Part shown: one piece after another, positions 20,818 through 32,104 of the stretch
Layout of the letters: the number at the start of each line of letters is the position of its first letter
Position numbering within the stretch: the first letter of the stretch is position 1
Position numbers and translations under genes: made by a program
Notes under the pieces: generated by a model
What the model was told of the DNA's origin: nothing
Database searches by the model: none
What the model saw: the letters and a program-made list of their open reading frames with translations, nothing else
Assembly (NCBI GenBank): GCA_050294405.1
Contig: JBNKOC010000012.1
Coordinates: forward strand, 544,001-608,000
Source of the DNA: Fibrobacteria bacterium
GTDB lineage: Bacteria; Fibrobacterota; Fibrobacteria; UBA11236; JADFYW01
DNA length: 64,000 nt
Reading direction: 5' to 3'

Positions 20818-21912
20818 CTATGGAATAAATAAAAGCTGGGATTTTTTTTGAGCTTTCGTTTGGATGGAAAACACATGCAATCCCGGTTTTATATCTGGGT
20901 TTAGTTTAAATGCAGAGTTTTGGTCCGGCTGTAAATAATAAAAATGAGAACTTTCTAACCTTCCTTCCATGTTGCATATGGAAATTTCTAATACCGTATC
21001 ATCAGAATCTAGACTGTTTATTATAACAAAGCGGTTTGAATAAAGTTGATTGAGGCTTATGGAAATGTCTGCGTGATTCCTTTTTTTATTTCTAAGAGAA
21101 ATAATTTCGGGGTTGGCAAATACGGCAAACTCATGGGGTTCGCCCACAACGTAGATGTTATTGCTTTCAGGATTAAAAGAGACGCCTTCCGGTTTGCTGA
21201 GTCCAATCTCCAGGGAAGAAAGTAAAACCCCTTCGGGGCTATAGCCGTAAAGCCTGTTTTCTTCCTGATTGAGAAGTAAAAAATGCCCATCTTCAAGGAT
21301 ATACATATCCGCCACATCTCCGGTAATATTAGCCAAAGAAAATGGAGTATTTTCTGTAAACGATTGCGGAACTCCTTCAGCATCAAGTTGTATCTGGTAA
21401 AGCATGGAAGGGCCAAGCTCTTTAGCAACATAAGCCAGGTTTTTTTCTGAGTCATAAGCCACGCTTTCCAAACCGGAATTACCCATGTTTTCACCAATAT
21501 TCAGGCTTTTGCCTTCTTGTTTTGCAATGGGGCCACTGCCTTCATCAGGGATGGTGATTTGATGTATATTGGCCAGGCGTTCTTCCACAATTAAATACTT
21601 TTCCCCTCCCTGATAGCTAATGGCTTCCGTATCTTCGAACCCAGACAATTCAATGCTTCTTATTATTTCTCCATTTAAGCTTAATTCGTAAAGGGCCACC
21701 CCATCATCAATCACAAACAGGCTTTGGGAGTTTGCGTTAAAAGTAACTCCGCTAAAACTTGTGGTCGTGGCCTCACTTACATCCAGGCTCAAATCTTTTT
21801 GGTAGTTATTTAGCTGGGAGGCAATGGACTGGGCTTTAGGGGAGAGGAGGCCAATGGCAAAAAAGACGCTAAGTAAAATTAAAGAAGGTTTTTTGCCAAA
21901 GCAACTTTCCAT
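20818..21912 (-). CDS. Secreted SdiA-regulated (YjiK-like) beta-propeller with C-terminal sorting-type domain
   Basis: Signal peptide, SGVTFN, FEDTEAI, VEER, NSGLES, KPEGV, IYVVGEP; tail ending KPGLHVF. Confidence 0.75.
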   Translation of the reverse strand: MESCFGKKPSLILLSVFFAIGLLSPKAQSIASQLNNYQKDLSLDVSEATTTSFSGVTFNANSQSLFVIDDGVALYELSLNGEIIRSIELSGFEDTEAISYQGGEKYLIVEERLANIHQITIPDEGSGPIAKQEGKSLNIGENMGNSGLESVAYDSEKNLAYVAKELGPSMLYQIQLDAEGVPQSFTENTPFSLANITGDVADMYILEDGHFLLLNQEENRLYGYSPEGVLLSSLEIGLSKPEGVSFNPESNNIYVVGEPHEFAVFANPEIISLRNKKRNHADISISLNQLYSNRFVIINSLDSDDTVLEISICNMEGRLESSHFYYLQPDQNSAFKLNPDIKPGLHVFSIQTKAQKKSQLLFIP

Positions 21913-23362
21913 TTTGCCTTATAGTGAGAATTTGAACCTTAGTACCCTCTTCTAAATCTATATAGAAAGTCTCATTATGTTTGGGTGAAAATCGCTTCAG
22001 AGGTTTTCCCTGGGGAGTAAAAAGTTCCACTTCTAAACCAGCTGTTTTTTGGTAGGGCGTTATTTTTACAGTGTTCTTAAATTGTTGCCAGAAAAAGTTT
22101 GCGCTAATTTTGTCTTTTGGGGCTATTTCAATGGGTTCCTCACTAACCGTAATACTTGCGTTAAAATTACTTTTCCTATCGCCCCGGTAGTTTAAAGCCT
22201 CCCATAAATTTTGAGTATTCCGGCTTAATTTTCCGCTAAATACTTTATTCCCCAACCAATATATTTCCACATTTTCATCTAAATTCAGCAAAGAATCGTT
22301 TAGCCAAATTTTTAAACTTTCCAAATCACTTTGTAAGATATGTATGCTTTGGCCGGAAATTTCCGCAATAACATTTTGATTTTCACCGGCCTCTACATTT
22401 TCGGGAACCTCAAGCCAATAAAACCTCTGGTGGATTCTGTCGTCCTGATGCCATACAATTTTTTTAGGAAAAGGATTTCTGGTAAAGTCATCCATCCAAT
22501 CCAGGGCTACCGCATCTTCCAAATCCATCCAATGGGGTTTGTCCGGGTGGATTTGCACTTCATGTATGTATCCTCCCGGATCGGCCTCAGCCAATGAATC
22601 CAGCCATTCTCCCCATTCTCCAGCTATAATGTTTCTATCGTATCCGTCGTCCAGGCCTCCCACATGTATGGTAAACCCAATGTTGCGCAGGCTGTGGGGG
22701 GAGGATTCATTGGGGTGGCCGGCCATCATGGCTGCCGCGGCCCATCTATCAGCCATGCGTGGTCCTAATTGGTACACGCCATCTCCTCCAGCGGAATAGC
22801 CCATTACATAAACCCTGTCGGGGTTGATTCCCAAATAAACCACACAAGCTTCAATGACCCGGTCAAAAAAAGAATCTATATGGGGTTCATGCCAAAGGTT
22901 CCATGTGTCGGTGGGAGCTCTGGGCGCCAAATATATTCCATTGGGTTGGTACAGGGTTATTTGGTTTTGCCATTGCTGATCATTTGTGGCCGCTCCTGCG
23001 TTCCCGCCGCCGTGCATAGATATGTATAAATCCCGTCCGGCTGCAGGTTCGGGACCGTAACTGCGGTATTCAAATTTTAAAATTTTTCCGCTGCTGTCCA
23101 CAAAGGCTTTGTTGTCCCACTCTTCCTGCCAAGCCGCTTGGATTTGGTTAGTGCGATGCTCCAGCAATAAATCCCAAGCGCTATTCGCCTCTTCCGAGCT
23201 AAGGGCCGTTTTTCCAAAGGATGTTTGTGAAATGGGTTCCCGGCTGTTTTCAGGTTGGGACAACCAATTTTGCAATTCTTCAATTGCATTCTGGGAAAAT
23301 CCCATGACAGGCAAAAATGCTATAAGAATGTGAAAGCAGTACAACCTGTAATTTTTAAACAA
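21869..23362 (-). CDS. Secreted alpha/beta hydrolase with C-terminal sorting-type domain
   Basis: Signal peptide, MHGGG, GYSAGG nucleophile elbow, PHWM. Confidence 0.75.
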   Translation of the reverse strand: MFKNYRLYCFHILIAFLPVMGFSQNAIEELQNWLSQPENSREPISQTSFGKTALSSEEANSAWDLLLEHRTNQIQAAWQEEWDNKAFVDSSGKILKFEYRSYGPEPAAGRDLYISMHGGGNAGAATNDQQWQNQITLYQPNGIYLAPRAPTDTWNLWHEPHIDSFFDRVIEACVVYLGINPDRVYVMGYSAGGDGVYQLGPRMADRWAAAAMMAGHPNESSPHSLRNIGFTIHVGGLDDGYDRNIIAGEWGEWLDSLAEADPGGYIHEVQIHPDKPHWMDLEDAVALDWMDDFTRNPFPKKIVWHQDDRIHQRFYWLEVPENVEAGENQNVIAEISGQSIHILQSDLESLKIWLNDSLLNLDENVEIYWLGNKVFSGKLSRNTQNLWEALNYRGDRKSNFNASITVSEEPIEIAPKDKISANFFWQQFKNTVKITPYQKTAGLEVELFTPQGKPLKRFSPKHNETFYIDLEEGTKVQILTIRQNGKLLWQKTFFNFT

Positions 23363-23382
23363 TAACTACCATCCCATAATAG

Positions 23383-24843
23383 CTACTTGAGGTTTTCGGC
23401 CAGGGAAACCATAGTCTTAACTCCCCAACCCGTTCCACCGGGAATAAAGTATTTCCATTGGCTGGTGGTAAAGGCGGGGCCTGCAATATCAATATGGCAC
23501 CATTTTAAATGGGGCTCCACAAACTCTTTTAAAAATAGGGCCGCTGTAATAGCGCCGCCTTCTGCGCGTCCCAGGTTTTTGAAATCGGCAGTAATGTCAT
23601 CAAGACTGGAACGATATTCCTCTTCCAGGGGCATTTCCCAAAACTTTTCGCCTTCCACCTGGCCCAACTGGTGGACTTGTTTTAACAACTTGGAATCGTT
23701 GCCCAAAATGCCAGCCCAGGCTGGTCCCAAAGCCCTAATCATGGCTCCTGTCAAAGTGGCCAGGTTCACAACATGGGTGCCTTTAATGGCCGCAGCCTCG
23801 GCAAGGCCATCCGAAAGAATCAGGCGGCCTTCTGCATCGGTGTTTTCCACCATTACGGTTTTTCCGTTTTTGGCCTTAAAAATATCTCCGGGCAGAACGG
23901 CCTGCTGTCCAGGTCTGTTTTCGGCGAGCACCATAACACTGCTAACATTCACCTTTAGTTTTAAAAGAGAGCATATGTATATACTGGCTAAAACTGTGGC
24001 GGCTCCTGCCATGTCGCATTTCATTTCCCACATTCCCGAGCCGGGTTTTAAACTGAGGCCTCCGGTGTCGAAGGTCACTCCTTTTCCCACTAAAACTAAA
24101 TGGGGGGCTTTTTTGGAAGCGCCAGTGTAGCTCAATGTGACCATGCGAGGAGGGTTTAGGGAGCCTCGTGAAACGGTAAGCAGTCCGTTAAACCCTTCTT
24201 TTTCCAATTCTTTTTCGCGGCGAATGCGGATGTCAAGGCCTGCTTCCTTGGCTATTTTTTGGGCTTCTTTGGCAAACATTTCCGGTGTTAAGTCGGAACC
24301 CGGGGTGTTGACCCAATCCCGGCAGGCGCCGATACCTTTAAATGTGTGGTTTAACCTGTCGTTGCTCTTTTTAATAAGGGTTATATCTTTTGGGTCGGCC
24401 ACAACTTGAATACTTTTCAAAGTGATTTTTTTGGGAGAACTTTTGTATACCTGGTATTGGTATTGGCTCCAGTAGACAGCTTCCAGTATGGATTGGACTT
24501 CTGACTTGCTCGCGTTATTCAAGACCAAAATAATTGTTTCTGGATTTTTTTCTTTTAGGGCCTGGATTAAATTGAAAGCCCCAACTCGGATAGAGTCGGA
24601 ATTATCCAGTCCCGGTTTTAATGGGAGAGGGCTTAAAGCCATCAGACCGCTTTCGAAAGGCAGGTATTCTAAGGAGCTTCCCAATTCTTTTTTTTGAAAC
24701 TGCTCGGACAATTCTTTTAGGCGGGATTCTGTCTGGGAGGAGTTTTTAAACTTCCCAAATATTTTTTTATTCTGACAGAAGGTTGCTATTTGGTGTTTTT
24801 TGCCAAGGCTTTCTGGGATACTTTTTGTGATTTCAATAGTCAT
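23383..24843 (-). CDS. pepA: Leucyl aminopeptidase (M17)
   Basis: GKGVTFDTGG, MKCDMAG, NTDAEGRL, ATLTG, HIDIAG. Confidence 0.93.
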   Translation of the reverse strand: MTIEITKSIPESLGKKHQIATFCQNKKIFGKFKNSSQTESRLKELSEQFQKKELGSSLEYLPFESGLMALSPLPLKPGLDNSDSIRVGAFNLIQALKEKNPETIILVLNNASKSEVQSILEAVYWSQYQYQVYKSSPKKITLKSIQVVADPKDITLIKKSNDRLNHTFKGIGACRDWVNTPGSDLTPEMFAKEAQKIAKEAGLDIRIRREKELEKEGFNGLLTVSRGSLNPPRMVTLSYTGASKKAPHLVLVGKGVTFDTGGLSLKPGSGMWEMKCDMAGAATVLASIYICSLLKLKVNVSSVMVLAENRPGQQAVLPGDIFKAKNGKTVMVENTDAEGRLILSDGLAEAAAIKGTHVVNLATLTGAMIRALGPAWAGILGNDSKLLKQVHQLGQVEGEKFWEMPLEEEYRSSLDDITADFKNLGRAEGGAITAALFLKEFVEPHLKWCHIDIAGPAFTTSQWKYFIPGGTGWGVKTMVSLAENLK

Positions 24844-25102
24844 TTCACCGCCATATTGTATAAAGTTCTCGAATTTTCATAAAATTAGGCTTTTTTCCAA
24901 CTTTTGAGTAGGCTGTTATTTTTATAAAAAAGGAAATTTTATGTCGCTATTTTGTAATATTTAGTTGACAATTATATTTAAATCTTTATTTGTAACTTTA
25001 TGTCATTAATTATAATTTGGATTTAAATTGGCAATATTTATCTTTAAAAGTAAAATAGAAATTAATGTAATAAATAGTCATATGTTGGAATTAGGTTAAA
25101 TT

Positions 25103-26692
25103 TTGAAAGATACTACAGTACATCAAACCCGAACTTTACAAGCGCTTATGGACATCAGCCGATACATTAGCGCTTCTCTTGATTATCTGGACATAGCCAG
25201 AAAATGTTTGCTTTCTTTAAGTGAAAACTTGGATTTGGAGCATTGCGCCTTGTTGGTTCCCGATAAAGAAAAGCAACATTTAACTATTCAGCTTGGAGTG
25301 GGTTGGGATTCTGCGGAAAGTAATAATTTTAAGCGGCCTTTACGGGGAAGCCCTCTGGGCCAGGTTTATAATTCCGGGATGCCCATTGCTACGCCTTCTG
25401 TGGAGGATATTCCCGGATTATTTGTGCCCTCCAAATTGAAAAACCAAGGGGAGTTGGTAGGGTTTTTGGCTGTTCCCTTGTTAGTGAATCACATTCCCAT
25501 TGCTGTTTTAATGGCTTATAGAGTATCTCACCGCACCATGCTGGATGAGGATATGAATGTGATGAAAATTGTGGCTTCAATTTTAAGTCAAACCATGAAA
25601 TTGGCAGAATATGTGGAGGCTACCAACAAACGCCTTCAAACAGAAAATGATCAACTTCATGCCCAGTTAGAAGACAGGTTTCAGGTTGACAATTTGGTAA
25701 GCAGCTCAGGAAATATGGCAAAAACCCTCGATCTGGTAAAAAGGGTTTCAACCACAGATGCCACTGTGCTATTGAGAGGAGAAAGCGGAACGGGTAAAAC
25801 ATTAATTGCCCAGGGAATTCATTTTTCCAGTTTGCGTAAAAAAGGTCCTCTGGTCATTGTAAACTGCGCTGCCATACCTCAAAATCTCATTGAAAGTGAA
25901 CTTTTTGGCCATGAAAAAGGGGCTTTTACCAGTGCTATTTCAAGAAGAATCGGAAAATTTGAAGCTGCCGAAGGTGGCACTTTGTTTTTAGATGAAATTG
26001 GAGAGCTTTCGCTGGAAACCCAGGCTAAATTATTAAGGGTTATCCAGGATGGGGCTTATGAAAAAGTGGGTTCCAATAAAACACAGATTGCTAACGCCCG
26101 GATTATTTGCGCCACAAATATGAATCTGGAACAAGCTATTCACGAAAAGAAATTTCGCGAAGATCTTTATTATCGCCTTATGGTAGTGCCAATTTATATT
26201 CCTTCCCTTCGCAGTCGAAAAGAAGATATTTTGCCTTTGACTTCTCATTTTTTGAAGTATTACAACAGTAAATACAATAAAAATGTGGTTATTAGCCGCG
26301 AAGGCCTGTCTTTTTTAGAAGGTTATGATTGGTCGGGTAATGTGCGGGAGTTGCAGCATACTCTGGAACGTACAGTGATTTTGTCCAATAGTGACGAGCC
26401 CATAACCGATATTCCCATCCTGAACCCCATGGGTTCCCCGGAGCGTCGGTTTATTACGGAAATTGTTCCAGAGCAAAACCCCGGATTGCCTTCTCCAGGT
26501 TCGGATGGTAAACCCATGAACGACAGGGCGCTTTACGAAAGAGTTCCTTTAAGAGAATCTCAGATTATCACTGCTTTGGAAGAATCTGTAGGGATTCAAA
26601 CCGTTGCGGCAAAAAAATTGGGAATTTCCCTAAGGCAATTGCGATATGCTATCAAGAAGTACAATCTTAATGTGAAAGATTTTAAATACTAA
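25103..26692 (+). CDS. NifA-like sigma-54 enhancer-binding protein (GAF-AAA+-HTH)
   Basis: N-terminal [42 protein letters not shown]-terminal HTH. Confidence 0.9.
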   Translation: MKDTTVHQTRTLQALMDISRYISASLDYLDIARKCLLSLSENLDLEHCALLVPDKEKQHLTIQLGVGWDSAESNNFKRPLRGSPLGQVYNSGMPIATPSVEDIPGLFVPSKLKNQGELVGFLAVPLLVNHIPIAVLMAYRVSHRTMLDEDMNVMKIVASILSQTMKLAEYVEATNKRLQTENDQLHAQLEDRFQVDNLVSSSGNMAKTLDLVKRVSTTDATVLLRGESGTGKTLIAQGIHFSSLRKKGPLVIVNCAAIPQNLIESELFGHEKGAFTSAISRRIGKFEAAEGGTLFLDEIGELSLETQAKLLRVIQDGAYEKVGSNKTQIANARIICATNMNLEQAIHEKKFREDLYYRLMVVPIYIPSLRSRKEDILPLTSHFLKYYNSKYNKNVVISREGLSFLEGYDWSGNVRELQHTLERTVILSNSDEPITDIPILNPMGSPERRFITEIVPEQNPGLPSPGSDGKPMNDRALYERVPLRESQIITALEESVGIQTVAAKKLGISLRQLRYAIKKYNLNVKDFKY

Positions 26693-26830
26693 TTCCATAT
26701 TTGTTGTTATTTTGTTAAATTATGTCTTTTATTGTTAAAATTAAGTCCATTTCTCTTGCTAATTTGCATAGGGACTGGCAATTTATTTATAAAATCAACG
26801 ATTTTTGTGAAAAAAAGGCTTTATAAAACT

Positions 26831-26846
26831 TGGCATGAACATTGAT
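26831..26846 (+). promoter_or_regulatory. Putative sigma-54 -24/-12 promoter of the PII gene
   Basis: TGGCAT-N5-TTGAT (GA instead of GC at -12). Confidence 0.55.
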
Positions 26847-26911
26847 GTAATAAATACTATCAGTTTTTTTAACACAAAAAATTGAAATATGAATAATTTT
26901 GTACCACTTAA

Positions 26912-27301
<390 letters not shown>

Positions 27302-27321
27302 TTTCCCCTGGTATTTTTTAT

Positions 27322-27353
27322 AAAAAGGATCTTAACATAAGATCCTTTTTTTT
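27322..27353. terminator. Bidirectional intrinsic terminator
   Basis: AAAAAGGATCTTA-ACA-TAAGATCCTTTTTTTT between convergent genes. Confidence 0.88.
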
Positions 27354-27376
27354 CAGGTTCAGGTTGGCTTTTTCAA

Positions 27377-27934
27377 TTACCCTTGGGAAAGCCGCTCCCT
27401 GTAGAGGTAACCCGTTTTTAAATGAAAGGCCAAGCGGCTGCGCACTAACTTAAAAAATTCCAAATAAGGGGTGCTTTGATAATCCCGATAAGTCCAGTAA
27501 AAAGCTTTAAACTCACCGGCTTCATAATAAAGGGTTGGTTCTACAAATATTCCCTGCCCCAGGTAAACCCTGTGGCGCTGGTCCTTGGTGGTGGCCAAGA
27601 AAAATTGTCCCAGGGTCATGTATCCTGGATCAAGATTAAAATTTCTAAGGCCGCCTATGGAATCTTGAAGCTCCCATTCGTTGCAAAGCCTTTTTATTTC
27701 AACAATCTTTTCTCTATCCATTAAATTTTCAAATGCTAAAATGGCTCGAAATGGTTTTTCTCCCAGCTCTTTTTCATAGTAGTTGGTCCACACAAAGGGA
27801 ATGGGCAAAAGCTCTTCTTCAATGGCGCCGAATTCTTTTTCCAGCATGGTCCGAAGCGGGATATACTGGTTTTTATCTTTTAGTAAGATGGGAATCAGTA
27901 ACTTAACTTTTTTTGGCTGTTTGTATTCGCCCAT
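27377..27934 (-). CDS. DUF4416-like protein
   Basis: YYEKELG, R.FNLDPGY, LATTK...HRVYL, WTY.DY. Confidence 0.8.
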   Translation of the reverse strand: MGEYKQPKKVKLLIPILLKDKNQYIPLRTMLEKEFGAIEEELLPIPFVWTNYYEKELGEKPFRAILAFENLMDREKIVEIKRLCNEWELQDSIGGLRNFNLDPGYMTLGQFFLATTKDQRHRVYLGQGIFVEPTLYYEAGEFKAFYWTYRDYQSTPYLEFFKLVRSRLAFHLKTGYLYRERLSQG

Positions 27935-28064
27935 ATGTATTCAAAAAACAAATTATATTCAGGAGAAATAGAATTTAATATTTTAAAAATTTCCCCCTTT
28001 ATTAAAAATCATGTATTATTAATAAATAATCTTTCCATTTGATTTATGAACAGGTAAAATATTT

Positions 28065-28409
28065 TTGGAAAATTTAAAAATCACATTTGACGAAAAAGAA
28101 GACCATGTGGTTTGTACCATGTCTGGGGATATATCCTTTGATACCGTTGACGCATTACGTAAACAATTTTCAGAAATCCGCAGTTTAGGCCCTTCCACTC
28201 TTTATTTGAATTTGGGGCAGCTCAATGTATTGGGTAGTGCCGGGCTTGGAGAAATGGCTCGTCTTATTTTATGGTGCGAATCTAACGATTGTGAAGTACG
28301 TTTGGTATGCCAAAGCCGCCATATTCTGGAGGTGATTGAAATTGCCGGCCTCACAAAATACGCTCCTGCCTATCCTGACTTGGAAAGCGCCTACAAGGCC
28401 AAAAAATAA
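28065..28409 (+). CDS. STAS-domain anti-sigma factor antagonist
   Basis: GDISF, LGSAGLG, IAGL; 114 aa. Confidence 0.8.
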   Translation: MENLKITFDEKEDHVVCTMSGDISFDTVDALRKQFSEIRSLGPSTLYLNLGQLNVLGSAGLGEMARLILWCESNDCEVRLVCQSRHILEVIEIAGLTKYAPAYPDLESAYKAKK

Positions 28410-28417
28410 CCCTTTTT

Positions 28418-29179
28418 ATGCCTTCTCTTTCCCAATTAAGCCAATATTTGGATGATTTATACCAACCCCAGGATTTTGAGGATTATATTGAATCGGGCCT
28501 TTTAATAGAGGCCAACAGCCAAATATCAAAAGGAGGCACCGCTGTTAGTTTTACCTTGGAAACTGTAAAAAAAGCAGTGGAATCCAAGCTGGATTTTTTG
28601 GTGGTGCACCACGCCCACGGGTTTTGGAATAACGCTTCCCGAAGAATTAGCGGGGGGTTCGGAGAAAAGGTTTCTCTTTGCCTTTCCAATGGAATAAATC
28701 TTTTCGGCTATCATTTGCCAATGGATGCTCAAATTGAAATTGGCAATAATATGGGCATTCTTAAGGCTTTAGAATTAGAAAAAAAGCAAGAATTTATTAA
28801 GGCCGGTAGACGCAGTATTGCCTATGTGGGACAACTAAAAGAGGCTATATCCTATGCCAAATTTTTGGAAAAAGTCCATTTGGCCATAGGTCCCAGCAAT
28901 TTTGATTTTAAAGTTGGGGCAGATTTTATTAAATCTGTAGCCGTGTGTTCCGGGGGTGCGGCCAGCTCAATTCGAGAGGCAAAACAAACGGGTGCAGATT
29001 TATATCTCACCGGAGAAGCCAAGGAAGATACATACAATTTCTGCCAGGATGAAAAATTCAATTTCATTGCGGCAGGCCATTATCAAACCGAGGTTTTCGG
29101 GCCTAAATTATTAGCCGGAAAACTCGCTGGAGATTTTAAAATTCCCGTGGAATTTATCCACGATAAAAATCCGGTTTAA
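28418..29179 (+). CDS. Nif3-like dinuclear metal centre protein
   Basis: VVHH, YHLPMD...GNN, CSGG, AAGHYQTE. Confidence 0.9.
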   Translation: MPSLSQLSQYLDDLYQPQDFEDYIESGLLIEANSQISKGGTAVSFTLETVKKAVESKLDFLVVHHAHGFWNNASRRISGGFGEKVSLCLSNGINLFGYHLPMDAQIEIGNNMGILKALELEKKQEFIKAGRRSIAYVGQLKEAISYAKFLEKVHLAIGPSNFDFKVGADFIKSVAVCSGGAASSIREAKQTGADLYLTGEAKEDTYNFCQDEKFNFIAAGHYQTEVFGPKLLAGKLAGDFKIPVEFIHDKNPV

Positions 29180-29192
29180 GTAAATCGGGTAT

Positions 29193-30335
29193 TTGAAAAG
29201 GACTTGGTGGAGCTTGCATAACGAAGAAAAAATAAAGGCTAGAAAGGCTCTTTTGGACAATGCGAGTAATATTGCCAGCAAATCTATTTTGATTGGCTTT
29301 GATGGCTTTGTGGATGAAATTATCCATGTTGTGGATACCCGCGAATCCAAAGACAATTTTTCCCGGGTTCAAACTATTGAAAGCCTTGGCAAACGTCTTT
29401 TATCTGCTGCCGGAAAGTCTGCTAACATAGAGCTTTTTCCCAAGTCCCAAAAAGTGGGAGGTAACGGGCCCTTAATGTCCATGGCCGCTTCGGGCGCTGG
29501 TTGCAAGGTCACTACCATTGGCGTATTAGGTTATCCGCAAATACAACCCGTATTTCAACCTCTTGCGGATGTATGCGATGTGATTTCCATTGGCGTGCCA
29601 GGCCATACAGACGCTCTGGAATTCGCCGACGGAAAAATAATGTTGGGTAAAGTGGTGAGCCTTAATGATGTATGTTGGGATAGAATTTGCGAAGTTGTGG
29701 GAGAAGAAAAATTTTTGGATTTATTATTCAAACAAAACATGGTGGCCATTACCAATTGGACAATGTTATTGAATTTGGGAGAAATAATCGAAAAAATTAC
29801 CGAGAAAATCACTCAAAAAAATCCTCCTATATTTTTCTTTGATTTCGCAGATCCCGAAAAACGCCTTAAATCCGAAATTAAAATCGCCCTGTCTCAGTTG
29901 AAAAAAATGAATGAAAAGGCCCCGGTTATTTTGGGTGTGAATTTAAGAGAAGCCGAGCAAATGAGTGAGGTTTTAGGACTTAGGGATCCCATTGTAGATG
30001 GAGTGGCTGGGCTTGAAAAGCTCTCTCAAAGACTAAAAGAAGCTATGGGAATTCACGGCGTGGTTGTGCATTCCGTCTCTTTTGCAGGCGCTTGCGTGGG
30101 CGATGAAAATACCGCAGTTGAAGGTCCTTTTTGCCAAAACCCCCTTATTACTACAGGTGCAGGAGATCATTTTAATGGAGGCTTTTGCGCTGCTCTTATT
30201 TCCGGCATCGACTTAAAATCTGTATTGTACACAGGGGTGGCCACCTCCGGATGGTACGTGCGCAATGGAGGGCCCAGTCCCAGTCTTGAAAATACCGCCG
30301 AACTGCTTTTGCAGTGGAGCGAGAACGCAATCTAA
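29193..30335 (+). CDS. PfkB-family carbohydrate kinase
   Basis: GFDGFVD, GGNGP, TTGAGDHFNGG; start uncertain. Confidence 0.82.
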   Translation: MKRTWWSLHNEEKIKARKALLDNASNIASKSILIGFDGFVDEIIHVVDTRESKDNFSRVQTIESLGKRLLSAAGKSANIELFPKSQKVGGNGPLMSMAASGAGCKVTTIGVLGYPQIQPVFQPLADVCDVISIGVPGHTDALEFADGKIMLGKVVSLNDVCWDRICEVVGEEKFLDLLFKQNMVAITNWTMLLNLGEIIEKITEKITQKNPPIFFFDFADPEKRLKSEIKIALSQLKKMNEKAPVILGVNLREAEQMSEVLGLRDPIVDGVAGLEKLSQRLKEAMGIHGVVVHSVSFAGACVGDENTAVEGPFCQNPLITTGAGDHFNGGFCAALISGIDLKSVLYTGVATSGWYVRNGGPSPSLENTAELLLQWSENAI

Positions 30336-30363
30336 TTTCCCAAAGGTCCAATTTTAGCCTAAA

Positions 30364-30396
30364 CTCTTGAAATTCAAGAGGTTAATGGGGTATTAT
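30364..30396 (+). promoter_or_regulatory. Promoter with overlapping palindromic operator candidate
   Basis: TTGAAA-N18-TATTAT; CTCTTGAA-A-TTCAAGAG perfect 8-bp arms over the -35. Confidence 0.55.
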
Positions 30397-30472
30397 CAAA
30401 ATCCCTGATGGAATTACATGCCTTAAATTTTGGTTATGAAGCCAGCTTCCAATTGGCAATGGGGGTGAATAT

Positions 30473-32083
30473 ATGAACCCTTTAGATTGGTTAATAGTGA
30501 TATGCTATTTGGCTGGTATGATAGCGCTAAGTTTTTATCTGGCCCGGGGACAAAAAAATATCAAGGACTATTACCTCGCGGGCAACACCACAAAATGGTG
30601 GCAAATTTCACTATCCACCATGGCCACCCAATGCAGTACCAATAGTCTTTTAGGGGCACCGGCCTTTGTTGGCTTTGCGGCTCTGGGAGGGTTGGTTTGG
30701 CTCCAGTATGAGTTAGCTGTGCCCTTGGCCATGATTTTTATCATGATATTTTTATTTCCCTTTTACAGGAAGGCCGGGGTAGTCAGTATTTACGAGTACC
30801 TTGAGCTTCGCTTTGGACCTGCCACCAGAACAGTGCTTAGTTTATTGTTTCAATTCCTACGGGCTTTCTCTACTGGAATCACTGTGTATGGAATTTCCCT
30901 GGTTATTTCAGAGGTTATTTCCCAACCCATATGGATTAGTGTGGGCCTTATTTTTGTAGTGACCATTATTTACGATTCCATTGGGGGTATGAAGGGTGTC
31001 ATTATCTCAGATGTGATTCAGATGTTTGTATTGGTAATTGGAATAATCATTATTGGAGTTTACGCCATAATGGATGTGGGAGGCTTCGGGGAAATTTTAA
31101 AAAATGTGGATCCTTCCAGATTAAAAGCCATTGACTTTTCCAAACACGGTTTCGGAGATGGCGGAAAGTTTTCGTTTTGGCCCATGTTATTGGGAGGGTT
31201 TTTTCTGTATGTATCCTATTACGGCTGCGATCAAACCCAGGTGCAAAGGGAACTTTCTTCCCGCAGCATAGATGATTCCAGGCGTTCGCTTTTTCTCAAT
31301 GGAATTTTACGTTTTCCGCTGGTTTTGATGTATTGTTTTTTGGGGATTGGAATAGCTGCCTTTGCCGCTAAAAACCCTGAATTTATAGGCAGTATTCCCG
31401 TGGAAAATGGAGTGGCTAACCATAACATGGTGGTTCCTGCTTTTGTATTTCAATATTTGCCTCACGGGATAATCGGACTAATCGTTGTGGCTCTTTTTTC
31501 GGCAGCCATGTCCAGTTTGGATTCCACTATAAATTCTCTGAGCGCCACCACCATGAAGGATTTTTACCAAAGATTTATAAACCCCAACTTAAGCCCTGCC
31601 GAAGAATTAAAGTGGTCTAAATACACCACCTTTTTTTGGGGATTGTTTTGCACAGTATGTGTTTACTTCGTGAGTTCGGGAGAATCTATTATTGCCCAGA
31701 TAAACAAAATAGGTTCTCTTATCAATGGTCCCATATTGGGGACTTTTTTATTGGCCATATTTACCAAGCGGGCTGTGGATAAAGGGGTTGTACTGGGTAT
31801 TCTGGCGGGTTTTTTGACCAACTTGTTATTGATGAACCTTGCTCCCGGAATTTCTTTTTTCTGGTGGAATCCAATTGGTTTTGCTATGACCTTTGGTGTT
31901 GGGTATTTAACAAGCCTGATGTTTTCTGCTCCAGAGGAAGAAAAACTAAATGGCCTTACTTTGGATAAAAGCACTATTCACATAGCACTGGGGGATAGGC
32001 GTTGGTATAAAGTGTATTGGAGTCTAGGCGGGTATTTTGTTTTTATACTGGTAGTACTTCTATTTATAAATTCCCTCTCATAA
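30473..32083 (+). CDS. Sodium:solute symporter
   Basis: DYYLAG, SIYEYLELRF, GGMKGVI.SD, DQTQVQR, AAMSSLDS. Confidence 0.93.
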   Translation: MNPLDWLIVICYLAGMIALSFYLARGQKNIKDYYLAGNTTKWWQISLSTMATQCSTNSLLGAPAFVGFAALGGLVWLQYELAVPLAMIFIMIFLFPFYRKAGVVSIYEYLELRFGPATRTVLSLLFQFLRAFSTGITVYGISLVISEVISQPIWISVGLIFVVTIIYDSIGGMKGVIISDVIQMFVLVIGIIIIGVYAIMDVGGFGEILKNVDPSRLKAIDFSKHGFGDGGKFSFWPMLLGGFFLYVSYYGCDQTQVQRELSSRSIDDSRRSLFLNGILRFPLVLMYCFLGIGIAAFAAKNPEFIGSIPVENGVANHNMVVPAFVFQYLPHGIIGLIVVALFSAAMSSLDSTINSLSATTMKDFYQRFINPNLSPAEELKWSKYTTFFWGLFCTVCVYFVSSGESIIAQINKIGSLINGPILGTFLLAIFTKRAVDKGVVLGILAGFLTNLLLMNLAPGISFFWWNPIGFAMTFGVGYLTSLMFSAPEEEKLNGLTLDKSTIHIALGDRRWYKVYWSLGGYFVFILVVLLFINSLS

Positions 32084-32104
32084 AGGCATTTTAAGGGCCA
32101 GTTT

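Noticed and set aside
20602..20832. 76-aa ORF in the track
   Set aside because: Almost entirely within the MITE-like repeat; likely spurious.
23387..24130. 247-aa antisense ORF and similar shadow ORFs (e.g. 165..596, 12908..13483)
   Set aside because: Antisense to well-supported genes, with no recognisable motifs.
25103..26692. Nitrogen fixation (nifA)
   Set aside because: No nif structural genes in the window; GAF-AAA-HTH architecture alone is not specific.
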